Of a DNA stretch of 64,000 bases, positions 55,264-64,000 are shown one piece after another. The notes under the pieces were generated by a model that saw nothing but the letters and a program-made list of their open reading frames with translations, was not told the DNA's origin and searched no databases. Numbering within the stretch: the first letter of the stretch is position 1; the number at the start of each line of letters is the position of its first letter. The position numbers were made by a program, and so were the translations under genes. Origin of the DNA: Octopus vulgaris (Eukaryota); contig OX597826.1 of the NCBI GenBank assembly GCA_951406725.2, forward strand, positions 66,774,001 to 66,838,000, written 5' to 3'.

Positions 55264-55432
55264 CGTGTGTGTGTGTATGTTTGTGAGTCTGTGTTTGTCC
55301 CCCCCAACATCGCTTGACAACCGCAACTTAGCGGTTCGGCAAAAGACACCGACAAAATAAGTACTAGGCTTACGAAGAATAAGTCCTGGGGATGCTTACA
55401 GCCAAATGACTGAAACAAATAAAAGAATAAAC
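55059..55432 (+). mobile_element. SINE B with internal deletions
   Basis: GGCGTAGGAGTGGCTGTGTGGTAAG head and TAAAAGAA tail. Confidence 0.92.
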
Positions 55433-55587
55433 GAATGCAAAATATAACACGATATAGTCGCGTCCTTGAAACAGTATCGTTTCTACCAGTACCAAAATAC
55501 TTTAGTGTACGAGACTACGGTCTTGGAGGAACAGGGAATATAAACACGGAATGAACCGACCTTGGAAGTTTGATTGGGTTACTTTGC

Positions 55588-56382
55588 TTTCGACAGTCAT
55601 TGGAATGTGGCCACGCTGCAGCACCGCCTTGAAGGGTTGAACTAATCGACCTCAGGACTTTTTTTTTTTTGAGCTTATCGATTTCTATTGCCGAACCGCT
55701 TATTTACGCAGACGTAAACAAACCAAAACCGGATGTCAAACAGCTAGGAGGTACACACTCACCCACACACACACATATACGACAGACTTCATTGTAGTTT
55801 CCCTCTAGCAGATTCACTCACATGATATTGGGAGGCTCGGGGCTACAGTTGAAGACACTTTATTTCATCGAATTGACCATGAAGGTCGAACACAGATAAA
55901 GATAGCTGGGGGCTGGACAGAGACATTAAGGAAAACGACAAAGATGGGGAAAAAATGAGAGGGGCACCGGCGCCTGCCGACCGATAACCCCTCGAAATCA
56001 CTGTTCAATTTAAATCAATATAAATCAAAATTATAATCACAAAAATTCAAAAATTACAATTACAAATTACAAAAATAGATTTTTTAAATTATTCTTCGTC
56101 TTCTTCATCCAGGCCCCCAAGTAAGTTTCCTGCCGCCTGCAGGATAGCCTGCATCGGCAGGCCCGGACAGAGGAAAACAAAATCTTTGTTACAGGTCTTC
56201 CTGACCTCAATCAGTTTTTTTCTGATTTATGACCTCCGCAGCCACCTGCGGAGGTCAACTTGGACAGTCTATACTGGTCGAGTCAGTTGAAGACACTTGC
56301 CGAGGGTCCGCGCGGTGAGACTCAACCCAAAATCACGTGGTTACAAAGTCTGCTGCTTAACCACACAACAATGGCTGCACCT
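55588..56382 (-). mobile_element. Diverged SINE B split by the 55861-56283 insertion
   Basis: GAAGACACTT|GCC continuity is restored when the insert and one TSD copy are removed. Confidence 0.8.
55861..56283 (-). mobile_element. Unclassified 423-bp retroposed insert with 15-bp TSD
   Basis: CAGTTGAAGACACTT at 55846-55860 and 56284-56298. The minus strand ends GAAATA|AA and carries several hairpins. Confidence 0.85.
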
Positions 56383-57559
56383 ATTTTAGCGACATGCAGC
56401 GCCAAAATCTTTTTTTTTTTTCTCTGATACTTGCCAGGGCGACAGTGGGAGGCAAATAAAAATTCGAATTGAAATGCATTCATTCGAAACTTTGAATAGC
56501 TGGGGTGTTTTTCTAAGTGTGTAATATCAAAAAGTTTTCGAATAGCTAGAATTGTTAGTCGGTACTCAATATCCTGGTTGCTAATTATTCAAATTTAGAA
56601 TTCGCAAATAGGTGTTCTCATTCATTTGAAATCAAGAAAATAATTTAACTCTCAACTTTTTTGTTACCAGAAACATTACAGTAATCTTTGCAACAACAAA
56701 TATTCACAAAATAAACTTCACAAAATCTACCAACATAGCGAAGATATGTATTGAACATATCACAGCTTCCACAACCAGCAGTGAATCGTGGTGCAGTGCT
56801 TTTATCATCTCGTCAAAAACAGGTATTTGCGTACAATAATTCTCTTGAGTAAAGTCTAATATTTGAGAACGATTACAGTAGAATTCCAAGGAGGATCATT
56901 ACTGATTCGAAATTGCAAAACATTACATTATTTTTCCTTAGCAGAACGAAAGGATTGAAAATTAAAAAGCAGAAAATTCAAAACCCAACGGATAATTGAA
57001 AATCTGTTATCATTGAGAAGCACATGGAGTTAAAACTATTTCAGTCCTTCTGAGTTTATAGCCTACTTAATCAACTTCCTCGACACCACCTGCTTCATGG
57101 TTTTTTTTTTCTTTCATCCATTAACACTGTCTTCGATATCCTGTTTGACATGTAATACACCCGAACCTTCCAACTTCTTTTGCTCTCATATTTTCTTCAT
57201 CCTGTCCATATTCATAGATATTTTTCTAAACATTTTTCTTGAGTCCGAGGGTTCTAAGGCCGTTCACCTGGTTTCCTTGACGTGTAAGTGATTGAGACCA
57301 CAGCATTATCTGGCGAAAAGTACACCTTTGAGAGGAGGGGACAAGTCTATTACATCGACCCCATTACTTGTCTGGCACTTCAGTCTATCGACTAAAGTTG
57401 ATCTCGGTGGGATTTGAACTCAGAACTTAAAGGTGCCAAGGTGCTACGAAATGGGACTGTTCCAGGAACCATGTGGTCGGGAAGCAAGCTTCTTACCACA
57501 CACTCATTCCTGCACCTATCTATCTACAATGAAGAGCTAAATTTATGAATGTATTAATT

Positions 57560-57930
57560 ATCCTTTATTCAGTAAGCGCAAGACCTGAAACTTTAGAGGC
57601 GAAGGTAAATCGATTACATCGAACCCAATGCTCCACCGGTACTTATTACATCGAAACCCGAAAGGATGAAAGGCAAAAATCGACCTCGGTGGAATTTGAA
57701 CTCAGAAATACCTATTTCTTTACTATCCACAAGGGGCTAAACACAGAGAGGACAAACAAGGACAGACAAACGGATTAAGTCGATATACATCGAACCTAGC
57801 GCTCTACCGGTACTTATTTCATCGAAACCCGAAAGGATGAAAGGCAAAATCGACCTCGGTGGAATTTGAACTCAGAAATACCGCTAAGCATTTTGCCTGG
57901 CTTGTTAACGATTCTGCCAGTTTGTTGCCG
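57560..57930 (-). mobile_element. SINE A dimer whose two bodies share private mutations
   Basis: Bodies at 57610-57712 and 57780-57882 flank a 67-bp long tail. Smaller SINE A and B scraps lie at about 57330-57515. Confidence 0.92.
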
Positions 57931-57954
57931 TTTTAGGTATATTAATTATAAAAA

Positions 57955-58200
57955 TAATTCTATCTCTCCGAATAACATTGCTGTCAAAGATTGAAAGAAA
58001 AGAAATGTCTGTTCGTACTTTGTAGTAAATGATTAGCGAGATTTATGAGTTTGACATTGTTTCTGCAATTTAACTTGATGACTCGACAGATGAGACAAAT
58101 TGTCTTCAGTTATCTATATTTTATCGACGAGGAGGAAATGAAGGCGTTTTGAAAAGATATTGTTGAACATAACTCTAGAAGCAACGATTTAGTCATAAAC
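57955..58200 (+). pseudogene. hAT-Charlie transposase relic, part 1
   Basis: EMSVRTL..SAI*LDDSTDETNCLQLSIFYR matches the QLDESTDxxNxxQL motif around the first catalytic D. Confidence 0.8.
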
Positions 58201-58217
58201 AATATTTTTTAAAAAGT

Positions 58218-58560
58218 GGTTTTAAATTTTGATTGAAGGCCAGCAATTTTAGTTGGAGGGCATTTAGTCAATTAAATCGACCACAGTGCTCAAATTATAC
58301 TTATTTTATCTGTACCGAAAGACTGAATGGCAAAGTCAACCTCGTTGGAATTTGATCTCAGAGCGTATAGAGCCTGAAAAACTGACGCTAAGTGAAGGCG
58401 TGGCTATGTGGTAAGAAGCTTACTTTAAACCATATGGTCTGGCTCCGGGCTCAGTCCAATTGCATGGCACCTTGGACATGTGTCTTCTACTATAGTCTCG
58501 GGCCAACCAAAGCCTTGGGAGCGGATTTGGTAGACGAAAACTGAAAGAAACCTGTCGTAT
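58218..58560. mobile_element. SINE A (minus, about 58218-58392) and SINE B 5' half (plus, about 58397-58560), head to head
   Basis: Family core motifs present in both. Confidence 0.85.
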
Positions 58561-58563
58561 ACA

Positions 58564-58658
<95 letters not shown>

Positions 58659-58669
58659 ATATATATATA

Positions 58670-59222
58670 CAAAGTGCGCTAAATATAGTGTCGTCTAAAT
58701 TAGGCAAAAATGAAAATAACTCTGACATTTCATTCTAACAGATATATTTACCAAAATTACACAAAAATGTCTTGAAATACTAAAGAGTAAATTAATTCAA
58801 TTAAATCGCCATTGGCTTCAACCACGGACTCCAGACGACTTCGGAATCTCCTGCAGCTCTTCTGGACGGTCCCTTCGTTTAAGTTGGTGAATGCTGCCAT
58901 AATCCTTGCCTTCAGTTCATCTTTGGTGTTACAAGGAGTTTTGTTGGTCTCTCGCTCAACTGCGTCACACCCATAATAATTAAGGGGGTTTCTATGTGGG
59001 GAGTTAGGTGGCCCGATCTTTGGGGTGATGTGATCGCAGAAACTGTCTGACAGCCATGACTGGCTTCTCCTGCTTGTGTGGTATGGTATAGAGTCCTGTT
59101 GCCAGACATAATGTCTTCCAGCTGCTACCCTCTTGACCCAGGGTAGCACTACCTCATCCAGGCACTTGATGTAGGCCTCCATGTTGTGTCTGAGGTCGTG
59201 TGGGAAGATGAGTGGAGACATA
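58670..59222 (-). mobile_element. Tc1/mariner maT (DD37D) transposon, 3' part
   Basis: ORF 58757-59221: WQQD...PPNSPHRNPLNYY has 37 residues between the second D and the decayed third D, ending CRRFRSRLESVVEANGDLIE. Terminus TA|CAAAGTGCG at 58670. Confidence 0.9.
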
Positions 59223-59227
59223 TGATA

Positions 59228-60330
59228 GCTTTGAAGTAATAAATTCCTTTTTTAGACAATGCAGTTTATAATGAGAAAATCTGAAAGGCTGTACAAATGA
59301 TGGGTCACTGATAATATTAGAAGGGTCTTTAGAGCTCATTTCATTGAAATAGCTGCGCATGTGACATTTATGCATTGGATGATCAAACACGGTGCTGTGA
59401 TTTGTAGGGTTCTATCAACAATCCAGTTTATCGTTACAATTGTTAATGGTGGCTAATCATGTAAACGGGAAATGCTCCTAGAACCTGGGTATTTTAACTG
59501 ATGCGTAGAGATTTTGGTACTTTTGACAGGGTATACCTTTTTATTTTCTAATATATTGAGGGGTTGCCGTAGAAAAGCCTTAAGACTTGTCCTTACACTT
59601 CAAAAAGAATAGCTGGAATCTTTTTGACATTCAAACAAACGTGAACATTTTGGTCATTTCATAGAAATACCTTTTTTCTTTCTTATCCGAATCTTGCTTC
59701 TTTCTTTGAAGAACTAAATATGCAAAACGAGAACCTTTAAGATGCCGACGCAACTGTTTGTGAATTTGCGTCTGAGATTTTTTTTATATTGCAAAGCTTT
59801 TCATGCAGAGATGAAATTGTGATACTTCGGTTATTTTTAATAACGTGACAGAATTTCTCGATCAGAATTCGCAATGTAAGAATGGCATAACCAGAGAATG
59901 AACCACAAAGAATATCATAACGTTGGAAGAATAAGTTAATGGATATTAATGAATATTTCCCAAATATTGGTGACGAGAAATTTAGTGTGATATCGGAATC
60001 GTTTCACTGCAATTGCTACGCTGGAATTTGAAACAGATATGAAAGAAACTAATCTGGTTAAGCTTCAGAGTGATGATTCTGAACATTATGAATTACCAGA
60101 GGATTTATGTGTTTTTTTTTTGGGGGGGGGGGAGGGATTCCAGATGCGCAAATAATCCAAATGGATTGTTGAATCTGTTTTCCAAACATTGCTGCTATTT
60201 CCGCCAACATAGCTTTTGTGATTTAACAGGCCGAGTGTTAACTCAAAACAAATCAAATCACGAAATTAAAACAATATTACAGTATGCGCATTGTTTATTG
60301 AGTATCGTTGCATATTTTTCATAATCGTCC
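59228..60330 (+). pseudogene. hAT-Charlie transposase relic, part 2
   Basis: INSFF..ENLKGCTNDG, TFMHWMIKH (HCxIH), LLFSNILR..KALRLVLTLQKE, FFEELNMQNENL and LLLFPPT*L (dimerisation domain), in the correct order. Confidence 0.8.
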
Positions 60331-60685
60331 GAAGATAAACAACGAGAAACTCAGACCAAAGATTCGTGAAATTTCAGATTCAGATAAATTACATTGAGCT
60401 AAATAGATAGATAGATATATTGAGAGAGGGGGAGAATGACAGAGGGAATTAGTGAAAGACAGAGGAAAATTGACCTCAGTAGAGGACTGGTGTCCAGTTA
60501 ATCAAACTCGAATGGATGGAAGTTAATTTCGGAGGGCTTTGAACTCAGCGTACCAGAACAGAAGCGAAATCTTCAGGGAAATTCTATATGACGCTATAGC
60601 GATTCTGCCAAAACATCTTAACACATCACAGCACATATGTTTATGTAAGTATCTATATATTTTTACATACACACTCACACACATA

Positions 60686-60784
<99 letters not shown>

Positions 60785-61269
60785 ACACGCACGCACACAC
60801 ACACACACATATATACATATACACACATACACACATATTTATATATAAGTATAAATGTATTTTTATATTTGTTTGTGTGTGTGTATATGTGTTCCACTAC
60901 ATCTGTGTATTTGCCAGTGTATATGTATTTCTATGCGTTTCTATGGTTGTGTGTACTCGTGTATATGTGTTTGTTTTTCTTCATACGGTTCTTTCATTGT
61001 CCCCTAATCCAAAACTGTTATAGGAATTATTCAGAGGAAGAAATCATAATACCGTCATTAATACAATAATCCTATTAACTTGTTTGGAAAAACGAACAAT
61101 CGATGATAATATCGGTCACAACATTTCAAGCCTCTCCTATAAAAAAAAGCCGCCATTTTTGTTCTCCCTTATGCACGCGTACACACAGACAATATACGCA
61201 GGCACGCATATATAATATATATATATACATACAAATATACATATATATATATACATATATACGTACATA

Positions 61270-61300
<31 letters not shown>

Positions 61301-61304
61301 CTTG

Positions 61305-61345
<41 letters not shown>

Positions 61346-61743
61346 ATTCATATGAGATTTTGGATTCACGGTTATATGAATTGCAATTAAGGAGAAAAAT
61401 GATTCAATACTGTTAGAATAGCATAATATTATTATTCAAAGCAGAATCTGTGTAAACCCCTACGAGGAGATGCGGCGGGGTCAAAAAACTCTGAATAGCA
61501 ACCGCACCTAAATTTAGCATTGAATTATAGTCTAGTATGTATTAAAGGTTATATGTGTATGTGTGTGTGTGTGTGTGTGTGTGATGATTTTGTTGGTCGA
61601 AACTTCTAAGTTACTATCAATAATAATTTTCTTGCTAAAGAATAAGAAATTTGTATTGAGTAATTATTCGATTTAATGCAAAATTATTTTTATCCTCACA
61701 TTAGAACAAGCAATAATATCGTACAATATAATATATTACATAG

Positions 61744-61825
<82 letters not shown>

Positions 61826-61832
<7 letters not shown>

Positions 61833-62207
61833 ATGTTACATTACTCGGTAGTCAGGATAAATTTAGTCAAGAAGAATTTATATATTTTTATATATTTTTT
61901 ATATTTTTTATGTATTTTTATATATTTTTATATAATTTTTATGATGAAAAATGCGAGCGATGTATAAGTACGCAGGCAAAGCAGAGTTATAACAGAGTAA
62001 TTTCCCTTCATTTTTAACGGTATTTTTTCATAACGTTTTCAAATAGCCAGATAACCGAAGAGATGGTGTTGTGGATTTCCACTTCGGCATCTGAAACTCA
62101 GAGTTTTATCTTGACTACCGAGTAATGTAACATATTGTATAGATAAATTTCCTCTATTTACATAATATTGAGGTCTCTTTCTTTCTTTTGTTATCTTACA
62201 GTTTTAT

Positions 62208-62212
<5 letters not shown>
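61826..62212 (+). mobile_element. Penelope-like terminal fragment with inverted partial copy and mini-hammerhead at 62050-62110
   Basis: GATAA-CCGAAGA-GATG...CATCT-GAAACTCAGAGT-T-TTATC. 61826-61861 is a 35/36 inverted match to 62105-62140. Confidence 0.7.
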
Positions 62213-62261
<49 letters not shown>

Positions 62262-62271
62262 CAGTTGTATA

Positions 62272-62453
62272 ATTAAGAGATGAGAAATTATGTACATCAT
62301 TTACAATTGACGGATATTTGTCCTCATCTTTTTGGCTGATACACCCTCCAGCCTTCATCAGGTATCTTGGGGGAAATTTCGAACCTGGGTTCTCATTCCT
62401 AAGGTATTTTCGATGGTGTTGTTGTTGTTATCATTATCATTATCATCATCATC

Positions 62454-62504
<51 letters not shown>

Positions 62505-62777
62505 GTATGTATGTTGTTGTTGTTGTTGTTGTTATTACTACTACTACTATTATTATCATTATTATTATTATTATTATTATCATTATTATTATTATGATTA
62601 TTATTATTATTCAGGTCTCTGCCTGGAATCTAACTCGGAATCTTGGGGTTAGTAGTCCGCGCTCTTAACGACTCCGCCATATGCTCGATGAACGCTGGAG
62701 GCTATATCAGCCGAAACGTTGTGTTAACAACAAAGAAGATGAGGACAAATATCCGTCGATTGTAAATAATGTAAATA

Positions 62778-62782
<5 letters not shown>
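62272..62782 (-). mobile_element. tRNA-headed element with (AAT)n spacer and hammerhead-bearing Penelope-like tail, plus an inverted tail copy
   Basis: Head 62684-62612 (TGGCGGAGTCG A box, GAGTTAGATTCC B box); CTGATGA at 62361-62355; inverted copy at 62685-62782 with GAAACGTTGTGT. Confidence 0.75.
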
Positions 62783-62819
<37 letters not shown>

Positions 62820-62879
62820 TATTGTTTGTAGAGTCTGTCCACCCCACCCTTCAGACTTGTTGCTTATTGTTCTTCATTT

Positions 62880-63400
62880 CCTTTGTCGTCTCTCTGAATG
62901 TTGCCTACTATCTGTTCCTTTCATGTCTTGTCCCTCACTTCCCACACATGCTCAGCACAACATCGTTCTAACGCATGCGTCGTATGCTTCCGAATACGAT
63001 TCTTCGTTTTACTATCTTTCTTCGTTATTCCAAGCTTAATGTCTTTCTAAGTATTTTGAATATTTCGTAGTTTCTTCCGAAATTTCTACTGTCTGTGTCT
63101 AAGTTTCGGTACCATAGGAAAGTGTCAGGATGACGGAGTGTTTGTAAGTCCCTGTTCGAAAGTTGGAAGGACATATCACCGTAAGATAAGACACTTTCAT
63201 CCTGAAGATTCACTAATGTATAGGAGTTCCTTACGTTGTTTCGTTTTCTTTTCTCGGGTCTGATTTTGGTTTCAAATTTTAGCATAAAATCAGCAATCTC
63301 AGGGGTGAAGGCTAAGTCGATTACATCGCCCCCGGTGCTCAACTGGTACTTATCTTATCGACTCCGAAATGATTCAAGACAAAGTCGACCTTGGCGGATA

Positions 63401-63453
<53 letters not shown>

Positions 63454-63785
63454 AGTCTAGGCACAAGAGGTTTACGTATGCTGTCTCTACATATTACTCT
63501 GTTAAGATTGTCATCAACAGAGTCGAATACGTTTTTGTACCCAACAAAACTCTGTAAACTGGAGTATCATATTCAATTGATTTAGTTAACTCACAGCATT
63601 TCAATGGTCAATTGTGGAAAAGACCCATCTCAAATCCTACATATCTAAATACTTGGTTTTCGGAAATTCTGTCCGTTTGGTTTTACTCGAGTTGTTTGCA
63701 CGTATTTTTCTCGCCATTACTCTTGAGAACTGCTGTATTCCGGTGACGGAAATAACAACGACTATACAGGTGACAATATTAGAAA
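62880..63785 (-). pseudogene. LINE (probably RTE) reverse-transcriptase relic, split by SINE A (about 63265-63400) and (TA)n
   Basis: ISVTGIQQFSRV and SFVGYKNVFDSVD (FxDxxKAFDSV), later MR*NDVVL (decayed ADD motif). Confidence 0.55.
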
Positions 63786-63791
63786 CCCCGA

Positions 63792-64000
63792 GGCGTCGAT
63801 CTGGCAGAATTGTTAGCACGCCGGGCGAAATGCTTTGCGGTATTTCACCTGTCGCAACGTTCTGAGTTCAAATTCCGCCGAGGTCGACTTTGCCTTTCAT
63901 CCTTTCGGGGTCGATTGAATAAGTACCAGTTACGCACTGGGGTCCATATATAATCGACTTAATCCGTTTGTCCTTGTTTGTCCCCTCTATGTTTAGCCCC
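63792..64000 (+). mobile_element. SINE A (long tail), running off the window end
   Basis: CTGGCAGAATTGTTAGCACGCCGGGCGAAATG head and B box. Confidence 0.92.

Noticed and set aside
58757-59221. Functional transposase gene
   Set aside because: N-terminal half absent, third catalytic Asp mutated to Asn, and only one terminus present.

Overview
AT-rich eukaryotic DNA dominated by microsatellites ((TA)n, (CA)n, (TATG)n, (GATA)n, (ATT)n) and transposon debris. The tRNA-derived SINE families look like those of octopod cephalopods; this is inferred from recognition, not from a search. I find no intact protein-coding gene, rRNA, true tRNA or CRISPR array, and nearly all listed ORFs are microsatellite translations. 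Supported content: about 35 SINE copies in at least four families (working labels A-D), relics of R4/Dong, CR1, RTE, Penelope, hAT-Charlie and maT/DD37D elements, one complete non-autonomous Helitron, and several MITEs. The most interesting signals are: (1) about ten minimal hammerhead-ribozyme-like motifs in short Penelope-like termini, one of them in a tRNA-headed element; (2) a recurring, base-exact tail-to-body duplication of SINE A whose copies share private mutations and whose tail matches a separate LINE-like 3' end; (3) a 423-bp hairpin-rich insert with a perfect 15-bp TSD; (4) a perfect 65-bp fold-back at a LINE 5' junction; (5) two minisatellites derived from SINE segments. Coordinates were read by eye and may be off by a few bases.
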